From positions 1 through 64,000 of the forward strand of contig NZ_JMCB01000029.1 in assembly GCF_000737315.1 (NCBI RefSeq): 64,000 nucleotides of DNA, given 5' to 3'. Each line of letters starts with the position of its first letter. Positions within the stretch are counted from its first letter, which is position 1. The notes beneath the pieces were generated by a model. That model had not been told where the DNA came from. It searched no databases and worked only from the letters and a program-made list of their open reading frames with translations. The position numbers and the translations under genes are program-made. Below, piece by piece: positions 47,801-56,882 of this stretch. The stretch is from Hyalangium minutum (GTDB lineage Bacteria > Myxococcota > Myxococcia > Myxococcales > Myxococcaceae).

Positions 47801-49453
47801 CACGCCTACTTCGCCCAGTACCAGATCGCCATCGACCGGGGCGAGGTGAACCCGAAGGACAAGGGCCTCATCCGCGGGTTGCTCAACAAGATGTGGGGCG
47901 ATGGCGGCGCTTTCTACGACTGCTCCTTCGTCGTCTCCAACTGCATCCAGACGCGCTCGGATAACGCCTACCGGATCGCCAACTTCGAGTCGCAGATCGA
48001 CGTGTGCCGGACGAACACTGCGCCGAGCACCGCGTTCCGATCATTCGGAGACGTGCAGGGCAAGCTGATGCTGGAGAACGCGGTGGACGACGCGGCCTTC
48101 TCCATCGGCATGCTGCCGGAGGACGTGCGCGAGAAGAACCTCTACGAGCGAGGGGATGTAACGCCGTTCGGGCAGCCGCTGTCGTACTGCTACATGCGCC
48201 AGGTCTGGGCGTACCTGAAGCAGAAGAGCCATTACGAGGCGAAGCGCCAGCAAGTGGACGCGTTCAACGCGGCCAACCGCTGGCGCAAGCAGGGGCTGGC
48301 GATGATGCCCGTGAAGTACGGCTCGGGCTACAACCTGGCGATGCTGGAGCAGGCAGCCGCGGTCGTCTCGGTGTACCACGGCGACGGCACCATCATCATC
48401 CACCAGGGCGGCGTAGAGATGGGGCAAGGCCTGCTGACGCAGGTCCGTCAGATCGCCTCCTACGTGCTCAACGTGCCCATGGACAAGATCCAGGTCGAGG
48501 CGGCCAGGACGGCCGTCGTTCCCAATCCCACCGGCACCGGGGCGTCGACGGGAACGGCCTATAACGGCGAGGCGGTCAAGCGCACGTGCCAGGATCTGGC
48601 CTCGCGGCTGATGGCCTTCGGCTACGAGCTGCTGAAGGAGCAAGGCAACGATTGGTGCCACAGCCGGAACATCGACTTCTGGAACTACGGTGAGGCGGGC
48701 TGGAGCACCGAGGTGGACAACAACGGGACCAAGAAGCTCATCTGGCAGAACCTGGTGGCCATGGCCTACCAGTACCGCGTGGGCCTGACGGCCACCTTCA
48801 CCGCGCCCATCCCGGGAGGCGAGACGCCCATGCCGGCGCTCACCTACAAGCCGCTCGAGCTGCAGCCGGAGCTCCCCGGCTACAAGGCGAGCTCGACGGG
48901 CAAGCCCGGCGGATACGACTCGTTCCCGGGCTTTACCTACTCGGCCGCGTGCTCGGTGGTGGAGGTGGACATCCTGACGGGCGAGGTGAAGGTGTTGAGC
49001 GCGGACATCGTCTACGACATGGGCTGGAGCCTGAACCCGGCCATTGACGTGGGCCAGGTGGAGGGCGCCTTCGTCCAGGGGCTCGGCTACGTGCTGTCCG
49101 AGAAGCTGGCCTTCGAGCCGAGTGGGCCGGAGGCCGGACGCCTCAACTCGGTGAACACCTGGCGCTACAAGCCACCGGCCGTGACCAGCATCCCGCTGGA
49201 GCTGAACGTGTCCCTGTTCCCGCGCGACTCAGTGGACGTGCCGGCGAGCCCCACCGAAGGCATCTTCTCCTCGAAGGAGATTGGCGAGCCGCCGCTGGTA
49301 CTGGCCACCAGTGTGTTTCTGGCGGTGAAGGCGGCCATCCGCGCCTCGCGCCTGGAGCGCAAACTCGACGGCCTGTTCCGCTTCGACGCTCCGGCCACTG
49401 TGCAGGAGGTGCGCAGGGCCTGCGAGGTGAGTGAGAACGATCTCAAGGTGTAA
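44831..49453 (+). CDS. Single-chain molybdo-flavoenzyme of the xanthine dehydrogenase/aldehyde oxidase family (2x[2Fe-2S], FAD and Moco domains fused)
   Basis: CGQGGCGGC...NSC, QCGYCT...CRCTGY, RNAASLGGN, GGQAHFYME, GGGFGGK, TAFRSFG, GGVEMGQG, DVGQVEGAFVQG and SKEIGEPP motifs. Confidence 0.9.
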   Translation: MAKQVSFFLNGRPVTIEDPSPELLLIDYLRSPEVALAGPKKPCGQGGCGGCTVILSNWNEKERHAEHRAINSCLRPVLALEGLVVTTVEGTGAARRPNPRNLSHSALYSRGGALPELQTLPQPAVVEAQQAANKKRLEVIARVNKAQPQTLTAELRQEVPIHPTEFSHEGMNPVAHRLAMNNGTQCGYCTVGFVMNMSEFITNHPKATKREIEEIFDGNLCRCTGYRSILTGMKTFASDWTKEDAENRMECLPDDYAAHQVPAPRVVIPFPPAAQVAASGVSLDDGARVWRTPTSLVELARLMRQFQGKKVRLVHSNTAYGIYKEEYLEADIYLDIRSIPELNAEPKETEGGLRVGAGMNYSEFIRVLERTMLSVGEAQARKHEETDYPETTRLGATRFMARRTAGRIVRNAASLGGNTMLVLKHMAEGTGEPFPSDVFTVLAAIDAQIEYLDTQEGEAAQPRRATALELVEQVIANPKLADSIVLLAYHVPFGKENEVVLAQKVALRDVNAHSILNGASRLQLSKSLEVEEAVVVFGGIAPYPWRARKTEQALKGKTLSLAAVPALAKSLADEVGVELTRWSLRMQGLPSEGFTNEYRMQLATAFLYKAVVKTLLERGGEVPHALQSAGEIKWGNWGVSDGTQDYKPQPYKAPVAQPYIKDTAMQQASGQLHYTHELPVPPRTLNASFVLSRRALATFHFIIPGSDEAASAGDLRKHLSSRYGGFVDLITAEVFKDGGINNQGMGADQPLFAAGEVNYVGQSIALVLARTEQEAERIAGYVTERCIGYAPVKPESRLQLRSLKQSPTWWSEPVLTLDDAIRLGSVYPDYPTQSPSVSHIWKVTRNGSRFDWVTPKDTPEQRIDRTIVNRTGTLDGISCQIVESTQTCGGQAHFYMETQAAIAEPLDNHRMLIRPSSQSPSSMHQTTAMALGASYNSIEVQVPPVGGGFGGKTEQARFVAGAAAIAAQATKRPVRLVLSREQDTAMIGKRHAYFAQYQIAIDRGEVNPKDKGLIRGLLNKMWGDGGAFYDCSFVVSNCIQTRSDNAYRIANFESQIDVCRTNTAPSTAFRSFGDVQGKLMLENAVDDAAFSIGMLPEDVREKNLYERGDVTPFGQPLSYCYMRQVWAYLKQKSHYEAKRQQVDAFNAANRWRKQGLAMMPVKYGSGYNLAMLEQAAAVVSVYHGDGTIIIHQGGVEMGQGLLTQVRQIASYVLNVPMDKIQVEAARTAVVPNPTGTGASTGTAYNGEAVKRTCQDLASRLMAFGYELLKEQGNDWCHSRNIDFWNYGEAGWSTEVDNNGTKKLIWQNLVAMAYQYRVGLTATFTAPIPGGETPMPALTYKPLELQPELPGYKASSTGKPGGYDSFPGFTYSAACSVVEVDILTGEVKVLSADIVYDMGWSLNPAIDVGQVEGAFVQGLGYVLSEKLAFEPSGPEAGRLNSVNTWRYKPPAVTSIPLELNVSLFPRDSVDVPASPTEGIFSSKEIGEPPLVLATSVFLAVKAAIRASRLERKLDGLFRFDAPATVQEVRRACEVSENDLKV

Positions 49454-49487
49454 CGCAGCCATCCGCTACAACTCAGGAAGATACAAC

Positions 49488-50972
49488 ATGAACGCTAAAA
49501 CCCTCACTGCCCGGCTTCGCCGGCGCAGCCTCTCGAAGTCTGTCTTGTTGGGCGCCTCGATGGCGCTGTCCGCGGTGTCCACTGGGGCCCTCGCCCAGAC
49601 CACCGCGCCCGCTCCGGCGGCCGTGGCCAAGGATCCCGCCGAGGCTGCGGCCCTGCTGCGCAAGCCCGAGGGCTACAAGCTCCAGCAGAACCCCTTCCCG
49701 GACTTTGGCTACATGGTCACCGTCGATGAGTACATGCAGAAGTACTCGGACCAGCCGCTCTTCCGGCTGAAGACGGACTTCCCCACCGCCAAGCCGAAGC
49801 AGCAGCCGGACTTCGTCCAGAAACTCGACTTCCGGAAGAACCCGCTGGACTACCTGCTCGCCGTGCGGGACTACGCCTTCGACGGCAACCTGCCGGATTG
49901 GGACCCCTTCAAGAACGCCAAGCGCAGCTGGTACCACATCCCTTGGCTCCACCCGTCCGCGCGGGGGCCGAATGCCTATCCTCCGAACGGCGGCACCGAG
50001 GGTTTCCACGGGCTGATCAAGGAGGCTCAGCTCAGCCCGCTGCAGCTCGGGCCGGGCCAGAAGGGGAAGGCGAAGGGCGGCTACTCCGTCTACGCCATCA
50101 CCCTGGTCAATGACATGGCAGGGTACACGCTGGGGCAGATGTGGAAGGACCCCTCGAACCCGGACCCCAGGGCAACGGACGCACGCTACGGCGGCGGCTT
50201 CCCGCCGGGCACCGTGTTCGCCAAGCTGCTGTTCACCGACGCGCCCCAGGGGACTGACAAGCTCCCCTTCCTCGAGAACCCCCTGCAGTGGACGGCATAC
50301 ATCACCGAGAATTTCACCTCCAAGAAGCGTGTGGTGGGCAAGGTGAACCTGCTGCAGATGGACATCGCCGTGCGCGACGTGCGCGCCGAGGGGCCAGACG
50401 GGACGGGCTGGGTGTTTGGGACGTTCGCGTACAACGGCCAGGTGAACAACCCCAACAAGTTCCTGAACCTCGTCCCGGTGGGGATCACATGGGGCAATGA
50501 TCCCCAGAACACGGTGAACACCACCAACCCGTTCCCGCCCACGGAGACAAAGGTCAACCCGGAGCTGAAGCAGACCATCATCTTCCCCTCCCCGCAGCTG
50601 CCGCCGCAGCACCTGGGGTGGAACGGGCGGCTGAACGGGCCCGCGGACCTGAACACCACCTCGTGCCTGAGCTGCCACATCGCGGCGCAGTACCCCGCGG
50701 TGACGGCGCTGGTGCCGCCGAGCGCGGCTCCGGCGGGCGGCAAGGAGCCGCCCAAGGACGGAGGCACGAAGGAGTGGATGCAGTGGTTCCAGAACGTGCC
50801 GGCGGCCACCTCCATGGATCCGCGCGTCTACTCGACGGACTTCTCGTTCCAGGTGGCCATCAGCCTGGAGAACTTCTACGAGGCGAAGAGGCGGCTGCAG
50901 GAGGGCTCTTACGCGAGCGACTACCAGTTGGACCGCGTGCCGCTCGTCCGCGACGGCCTGCCCCGGCAGTAG
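49488..50972 (+). CDS. Secreted protein of unknown family with a single CxxCH motif (possible c-type heme protein)
   Basis: Signal peptide ending GALA-Q, HLGWNGRLNGP and SCLSCH motifs. Starts 34 bp after the molybdoenzyme stop. Confidence 0.75.
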   Translation: MNAKTLTARLRRRSLSKSVLLGASMALSAVSTGALAQTTAPAPAAVAKDPAEAAALLRKPEGYKLQQNPFPDFGYMVTVDEYMQKYSDQPLFRLKTDFPTAKPKQQPDFVQKLDFRKNPLDYLLAVRDYAFDGNLPDWDPFKNAKRSWYHIPWLHPSARGPNAYPPNGGTEGFHGLIKEAQLSPLQLGPGQKGKAKGGYSVYAITLVNDMAGYTLGQMWKDPSNPDPRATDARYGGGFPPGTVFAKLLFTDAPQGTDKLPFLENPLQWTAYITENFTSKKRVVGKVNLLQMDIAVRDVRAEGPDGTGWVFGTFAYNGQVNNPNKFLNLVPVGITWGNDPQNTVNTTNPFPPTETKVNPELKQTIIFPSPQLPPQHLGWNGRLNGPADLNTTSCLSCHIAAQYPAVTALVPPSAAPAGGKEPPKDGGTKEWMQWFQNVPAATSMDPRVYSTDFSFQVAISLENFYEAKRRLQEGSYASDYQLDRVPLVRDGLPRQ

Positions 50973-51162
50973 AAGCACCGCTACGCGGGGGAGGCCGCAG
51001 CGGCTTCCCCCGCATGTGAGAGCGCAGGCGAAACGCTCCGAAGATTCAGCGGGCTCGCTGACTCGGTCGCACGGATTGACAAAGCAGCGCTCTGTGCGGC
51101 GCAGGCTGTCGCTTGCCTGCCCCTTGCACGCCTGCGCGCGCCCTCCAGCCCCAAGCGCGGAT

Positions 51163-52539
51163 TCAGGACTCCCGAACGGCGTTGCCCTCACGGCCCGGCG
51201 CCGCCAGCACCATGCCCAGCGCCGCCGTGGCGGTGAGCAGCGCGGCCACGGCGAACTGCGTGGCGAAGTGGCCTCGGGCCAGTGACAGCGCCGCCACCGC
51301 CAGCGAGCCCCCCAGCAGCCGCGTCGCGTAGAGGCTGCTGGTGACGATGCCCCGGTGGTGCCACGGCGCACGCGACTGCGGCCCGAGGATCGAGGTGCTC
51401 GCCGCGGGCCCCAGCCCCACCCCCAGCACGGCCAGCGAGGCGAAAGCCCCTCCGATGCCCCACCCCTGTGCTGCTGCCAGCGCCAGCAACCCGGCGCCAC
51501 AGGCCGCCAGCACGAAGCCCGCCCCTGCGCTCGCGCGCATGCCTCCGCGCACCAGCACCTTCACCCCCAGGGTGGAGCCCACCGACCAGCCCAGCAGCAT
51601 TGGCACCAATGCCAGGCCCGCTCCAATCGGGGTGTGCCCGCCCTGCTCCGTCATCCACAGCGGCACCCACGTGGACATCGTGTAGAGCAACGCTCCGGCG
51701 AACAGGCCTCCTGCGATGCCGCTGAGCACGGTGCGGTCCCGCAGCAACTCCGGCGGAATCACCGGCGAGGCGCTCACCCGCTGCTGGCGCACCAGCCCCA
51801 CGCCCACCGCCACCGCGCCCAGTGCGCACAGCCCCCGCACCACCACCGCCGAGCCCGGCTCCAGCGCGAAGAGCAGCAACGCCACGCACGTGCCCACCAG
51901 CAACGGCCCCCATGCGCCCATGGGCCCCTGCGCGCGCTTCGGCGGATCCCGGTACGACAGGTGCAGCAGCCCCGCCGCGAGCAGCCCCACCGGGAGGTTC
52001 ACCAGGAACACCCATCGCCACGACGTGTGCATCACCAGCCACCCCCCAATGAGCGGTCCGAGCGCATTCGCGGCCCCCCACGCTCCGGTGAAGAGCCCTT
52101 GGATCGCCGCGCGCTCGCGCAGGGTGTAGAGGTCCGAGCTGATCGTCAGCGTCGTGGGTTGAAGCGCTCCGGCGCCCAGGCCCTGAGCCACGCGGAAGGC
52201 AATCAGCGCGGGCACCGAAGTGGCCAGTCCGCACAGCGCCGAGCCCGCCAGGAACAGCCCCATCCCCGCCAGGAACACCGGCTTGCGCCCCAGCCGGTCT
52301 GCCAGCTTGCCGGAGACGAGCACGCCCACGGTCGAAGCGAAGAGGAAGGCCGAGAACACCCACGAGTAGAGCTCCTGGCCGCCCAGCTCCCGGGTGATGA
52401 CGGGCATGGCGCTCGTCACCACCGTGCCCTCGAAGGCGCTGACCACCAGGGCCAGCAGCACCGCGCCCGTGGCCACCCGCCGCGCCGCTCCCGAGTTGAC
52501 GCGAACCTCGCTCTCCACCGTCATCCCGCTTCCATCCAT
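51163..52539 (-). CDS. MFS drug:H+ antiporter (DHA2/EmrB-like)
   Basis: Motif A GKLADRLGRKP, LIAFRVAQGLGAG and GPLIGGWL; multiple TM helices. Confidence 0.88.
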   Translation of the reverse strand: MDGSGMTVESEVRVNSGAARRVATGAVLLALVVSAFEGTVVTSAMPVITRELGGQELYSWVFSAFLFASTVGVLVSGKLADRLGRKPVFLAGMGLFLAGSALCGLATSVPALIAFRVAQGLGAGALQPTTLTISSDLYTLRERAAIQGLFTGAWGAANALGPLIGGWLVMHTSWRWVFLVNLPVGLLAAGLLHLSYRDPPKRAQGPMGAWGPLLVGTCVALLLFALEPGSAVVVRGLCALGAVAVGVGLVRQQRVSASPVIPPELLRDRTVLSGIAGGLFAGALLYTMSTWVPLWMTEQGGHTPIGAGLALVPMLLGWSVGSTLGVKVLVRGGMRASAGAGFVLAACGAGLLALAAAQGWGIGGAFASLAVLGVGLGPAASTSILGPQSRAPWHHRGIVTSSLYATRLLGGSLAVAALSLARGHFATQFAVAALLTATAALGMVLAAPGREGNAVRES

Positions 52540-52609
52540 GCTCTCCCTATAAGCGGGCGCGTTCCATGCGGAAATCGCATCTTCCGCATAGAGTCCTTGC
52601 GAGAACCGC

Positions 52610-53527
52610 ATGACCTCCGAACAGCTCCGAGCATTCCTCCAGGTGGCCCAGGAGGGCCGCTTCTCCACCGCCGCGAAAGGACTGGGCCTGTCCCAGTCTG
52701 GACTCTCGCGCCAGCTCCAGTCCCTGGAGACCGAGCTCGGAGTCCGCCTGCTGGTACGCACGCCCGCCGGCGCGGTGCTCACGGACGCGGGGGAGCGCTT
52801 CCTGCCCCATGCCCGGCGGGCCCTCGAGGCGCTGTTCGCCGGCACGGCCGAGCTGGAGCAGCTCTCGGGCATACCCCACGGCCCGCTGGCGCTCGGCTCC
52901 CTGCACACCGTGGGGGCGTACCTGCTGCCGGACCTCATCGCCGCCTTCGCCCGGAGCTACCCGGAGGTGCGGCTCCGGCTGAGCGAGAGCCTCGCCCCCG
53001 AGCTGGAGGAAGGCGTCTCCCGAGGCGTGCTGGATCTGGCCATCCTCTCCCTGCCCGTGCGCCGAGCGGACCTTGTAGCGCAGAAGCTGTGGGAAGAACC
53101 CCTGGTGCTCGCCGTGCCCCGAGGCCATCCGCTGACGAAGCTGGGCCGGGCCGTGGCGCTCACCGAAGTCGTGGAGGAGCCCTGGGTCGTCATCCCCGGG
53201 ATGACGGGCACCCGAGCGCTGGAGGCCGCCTGCGAGGCGCGGGGCGTGACACCTCGGGTGGTACTGGAGACGGACAACTCGGAGGCCATGCGCCGCATGG
53301 TGGAGCGCGGGCTGGGCGTGGCGCTGGTGCCGGAGCTCATGACGCGCGACCACCCCGCCCGGGAGTTCGACATCGTCCAGGTGGTCCCGGGTGGACCGCG
53401 CCGCCAGGTGGCGCTCGTGCACCGGGGAGAAGGCTATCTCACCGCCGCCGCCCGGGCCTTCAAGAAGTTCATTGTGGAGCACGTGCGCAAACAGCCTGCA
53501 ATACGAAGTGCAGAGGCGCAGCGCTGA
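52610..53527 (+). CDS. LysR-family transcriptional regulator, divergent from the MFS gene
   Basis: QLRAFL.VA.EG.FS.AA..L..SQS.LSRQ...LE..LG..LL.RT and LTDAG motifs. Confidence 0.92.
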   Translation: MTSEQLRAFLQVAQEGRFSTAAKGLGLSQSGLSRQLQSLETELGVRLLVRTPAGAVLTDAGERFLPHARRALEALFAGTAELEQLSGIPHGPLALGSLHTVGAYLLPDLIAAFARSYPEVRLRLSESLAPELEEGVSRGVLDLAILSLPVRRADLVAQKLWEEPLVLAVPRGHPLTKLGRAVALTEVVEEPWVVIPGMTGTRALEAACEARGVTPRVVLETDNSEAMRRMVERGLGVALVPELMTRDHPAREFDIVQVVPGGPRRQVALVHRGEGYLTAAARAFKKFIVEHVRKQPAIRSAEAQR

Positions 53528-53617
53528 GAGTATATGCTGACGTCATGGCGGGTGGCGGACCTCGCAGCAAGACGTGAACCCCATTCGTCTCCCTGAGACA
53601 ACGACGAGAGGCGTGGC

Positions 53618-54085
53618 ATGGGAATGAAGCTCGACATCAATGGCTCGGTCCGCGAGGTGGAAGCCAGCGGCGACATGCCGCTGCTGTGGGTCCTGCGTGA
53701 CCTTCTGCAACTGAGCGGGACGAAGTACGGCTGCGGAATGGCGCAGTGTGGGGCGTGCACGGTGCACCTCGACGGCAAGCCCGTTCGCTCCTGCGTCACC
53801 CCCGTCTCGAGCGTTGGTGCGCGCAAGGTCACCACGATCGAGGGGCTGTCACCGGACGGTTCGCACCCCGTGCAGCGCGCATGGTCCGAGGCGGATGTCG
53901 TGCAATGTGGCTACTGCCAGTCCGGTCAGATCATGACGGCCGTGGCGCTGCTCGAGAAGAAGCCCGATCCGACGGACTCCGACATCGACGCCGCGCTGTC
54001 GGGCAACATCTGCCGCTGCGGGACGTACGAGCGCGTGCGCGAAGCGGTCCGGCTCGCCGCGAAGCTGAAGCGAGGTGCGAAGTGA
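53618..54085 (+). CDS. iorA: (2Fe-2S) subunit, isoquinoline 1-oxidoreductase alpha-like
   Basis: [28 protein letters not shown] and NICRCGTY motifs. Confidence 0.85.
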   Translation: MGMKLDINGSVREVEASGDMPLLWVLRDLLQLSGTKYGCGMAQCGACTVHLDGKPVRSCVTPVSSVGARKVTTIEGLSPDGSHPVQRAWSEADVVQCGYCQSGQIMTAVALLEKKPDPTDSDIDAALSGNICRCGTYERVREAVRLAAKLKRGAK

Positions 54086-56214
54086 CAGTCTCTCGACGAG
54101 GATTCCTCACGGGTGCGGCGGCGAGCACGGCGGGGCTGGTGATCAGCTTCTATGTGCCGAAGATCGTGCACGCCGCGCCCAAGGCCGCGCAGCCGCTGCC
54201 GTCCCCGAACGCGTTCCTGCGGATCGGCAGTGATGACTCGATCACCGTCCTGCTCGCGCACTCCGAGATGGGCCAGGGAATCTGGACCGGCCTGGCGATG
54301 CTGATCGCGGAAGAGCTCGACTGTGACTGGTCGAAGGTGCGCTGCGAGCACGCCCCCGCGGCGCCGGTCTACGGCCACCCCGCCATGGGCATCCAGATGA
54401 CGGGCGGGTCCACGTCCACGCATGGCGAGTTCGACCGGTACCGCAACGTGGGCGCGACGGCGAAGGCGCTGCTCCTGCGCGCAGCCGCGGAGCGATGGAA
54501 GACCACGCCAGCGAAGCTCTCCGCCGCGAACGGGGTGATCACCTTCGGTGGAGAAAGGCTGACGTACGGCGCGGTCGCCGAGGCGGCGATGAAGCTGTCC
54601 CCTCCGAAGACGGTGAAGCTCAAGGAGCCGAAGGAGTGGAAGCTGATCGGCACCAAGGTGCGCCGGCTCGACACGCCCGAGAAGATCAACGGCAAGGCAC
54701 AGTTCGGGATCGACGTCTCGTTCCCCGGGCTGCGCACCGCTGTCGTGCTGCGGCCGCCGGCGTTCGGCGCGAAGCTCGTGAAGTTCGATGCCGCCGATGC
54801 GCTGAAGGTCCCTGGCGTCGAGAAGGTCGTCCAGACCGCGAACGGTGTCGCGGTGGTCGCCAGCCACTTCTGGGCGGCGAAGCTCGGCCGTGATGCCGTG
54901 CGCGCGGAGTGGTCGACGCCCGAGGGCGGCGGTGCCAGCTCCGAGAAGATCCTCGCCGAGTTCCGCCAGCTCTCGCTCGGCGAGGGCTCGACCGTGGCCG
55001 ACACCGGCAAGGTGAAGGAAGCGCTCAACCTCTCCGCCAGCAAGCTCGAGGCGTCGTACGAGGTGCCGTACCTCGCGCACGCCATGATGGAGCCGCTCAA
55101 CTGCACCGTGAAGATCGACGGTGATCGCTGCGAGATCTGGACGGGGACCCAGTTCCAGACCGTTGATCAGGGCACCGCGGCGCACATCCTGGGCACGACG
55201 CCCGACAAGGTCACGATCCACACCACGTTCCTCGGCGGTGGCTTCGGCCGCCGCGCGAACCCGGCGTCGGACTTCGTCTCCGAGGCCGTGATCGTCGCGA
55301 AGGCGGCCGGCGTCCCGGTCAAGGTCGTCTGGACGCGCGAGGACGACATGCGCGGTGGGTACTACCGCCCCGCCTACGTCCACCGCGTCAACGTCGGCAT
55401 CGACAAGGCGGGCCTGCCCGCAGCGTGGCATCACGTCATCGTCGGGCAGTCGATCCTCGCTGGCACTCCGTTCGAGAAGTTCATGGTCCACAACGGCATC
55501 GACGCGACGTCAGTCGAAGGCGTCGCCGACTCGCCTTATCTCGAGACCACGAAGTCCAAGCACGTCTCGCTGCACTCCCCGAAGACCCCGGTCACCGTGC
55601 TGTGGTGGCGCTCCGTGGGCCACACGCATACCGCGTTCGCGATGGAGAGCATGATCGACGAGCTGGCACACGCCGCCGGCAAGGATCCGCTCGCGTACCG
55701 CCTGGAGCTTCTGAAGGGGAAGCCTCGGTTCGCGCGCGCACTCGAGACGGCCGCAGCCAAGGCGGGCTGGGGAACGCCCGCCCCCGAGGGCCGGGCGCGG
55801 GGCCTCGCGGTGCACGAGTCGTTTGGCTCGATCATCGCCGAGGTCGCGGAGGTCTCGGTCGAGGGGGGACGCATCAAGGTCCACGCGGTGACGGCGGCGG
55901 TCGACTGCGGAACCGCGGTCAACCCGCTCGGAATCGAGGCTCAGGTCCAGGGCTCGATCGCGTTCGGGCTGACTGCGGCGCTCCACGGCAAGCTGACCAT
56001 CGAGGACGGCAGGGTCATCGAGAGCAACTTCCACGACTATCCCGCGCTTCGCATGTTCGAGATGCCGAAGATCAGTGTTCACCTGATCCCCAGTGACGCG
56101 AAGATGGGTGGCATTGGCGAGCCAGCGACCGCGCCCGTCGCTCCCGCCGTTGCGAACGCGGTGTTCGCGCTTACCAAGCAACGGCTGCGCACGCTGCCGC
56201 TGCGCCTCGCATAG
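54082..56214 (+). CDS. iorB: Molybdopterin subunit, isoquinoline 1-oxidoreductase beta-like, Tat-exported
   Basis: Tat signal [39 protein letters not shown] and GGIGEP motifs. Confidence 0.85.
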   Translation: MTVSRRGFLTGAAASTAGLVISFYVPKIVHAAPKAAQPLPSPNAFLRIGSDDSITVLLAHSEMGQGIWTGLAMLIAEELDCDWSKVRCEHAPAAPVYGHPAMGIQMTGGSTSTHGEFDRYRNVGATAKALLLRAAAERWKTTPAKLSAANGVITFGGERLTYGAVAEAAMKLSPPKTVKLKEPKEWKLIGTKVRRLDTPEKINGKAQFGIDVSFPGLRTAVVLRPPAFGAKLVKFDAADALKVPGVEKVVQTANGVAVVASHFWAAKLGRDAVRAEWSTPEGGGASSEKILAEFRQLSLGEGSTVADTGKVKEALNLSASKLEASYEVPYLAHAMMEPLNCTVKIDGDRCEIWTGTQFQTVDQGTAAHILGTTPDKVTIHTTFLGGGFGRRANPASDFVSEAVIVAKAAGVPVKVVWTREDDMRGGYYRPAYVHRVNVGIDKAGLPAAWHHVIVGQSILAGTPFEKFMVHNGIDATSVEGVADSPYLETTKSKHVSLHSPKTPVTVLWWRSVGHTHTAFAMESMIDELAHAAGKDPLAYRLELLKGKPRFARALETAAAKAGWGTPAPEGRARGLAVHESFGSIIAEVAEVSVEGGRIKVHAVTAAVDCGTAVNPLGIEAQVQGSIAFGLTAALHGKLTIEDGRVIESNFHDYPALRMFEMPKISVHLIPSDAKMGGIGEPATAPVAPAVANAVFALTKQRLRTLPLRLA

Positions 56215-56225
56215 GACTTCCTCCG

Positions 56226-56807
56226 ATGATGCGTACCTTCGTGACGCTTGTGCTCGTTCTCGCCGGATGCGGCGGCAAGATGACGACGCCCCCCACGGGC
56301 GAGAAGCCAGACCCGGCCACCGGTGTGGCTGCATTTGCGACCGTGCGCGCGGTGCTCCAGCACCCGCGCTGCCAGAACTGCCATCCCGCGGGCGATGCGC
56401 CTCTGCAAGGCACCGAGGGCCGCGTGCACGCGATGAACGTGCAGCGTGGGCCCACGGGGCACGGCATGGCGGGGGCCGAGTGCACCACGTGCCACGGCCC
56501 GGCGAATCCTCCGAGCAACTATGGCCTCCATGTCCCGCCCGGCTCGATCAAGGGCTGGCACATGCCGAAGCCCGAGGAAAAGCTCGTGTTCGTCGGCCTC
56601 ACGCCGCGCGCCCTGTGCGAACAGGTCAAGGACCCGGCGCGCAACGGCGGCATGGACATGGCTGCGCTCCGCGTTCACCTCGAGGATCCGCTCGTGAAGT
56701 GGGGGTGGGATCCGGGCTTCGGCCGCGAGCCGGTGTCCACGCCGTACGCGACGTTCATCGCCGCGTGGGAGACCTGGGCTGCCGCTGGCGCCCCGTGCCC
56801 CAACTGA
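56226..56807 (+). CDS. Di-heme-type lipoprotein partner of IorAB
   Basis: Lipobox LVLAG-C, HPRCQNCH and CTTCH motifs. Confidence 0.75.
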   Translation: MMRTFVTLVLVLAGCGGKMTTPPTGEKPDPATGVAAFATVRAVLQHPRCQNCHPAGDAPLQGTEGRVHAMNVQRGPTGHGMAGAECTTCHGPANPPSNYGLHVPPGSIKGWHMPKPEEKLVFVGLTPRALCEQVKDPARNGGMDMAALRVHLEDPLVKWGWDPGFGREPVSTPYATFIAAWETWAAAGAPCPN

Positions 56808-56882
56808 TCGGGGTTTGGGGCCCCCGTCTTCGTGGACTTGAGGCAAGCTCGCAGCATCTCGATTCAGGAGGCACAGCCCTCG

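Noticed and set aside
44831-49453. Assigning the symbol xdh / canonical xanthine dehydrogenase
   Set aside because: The Glu802 and Arg880 equivalents appear to be replaced, so the substrate is unsupported.
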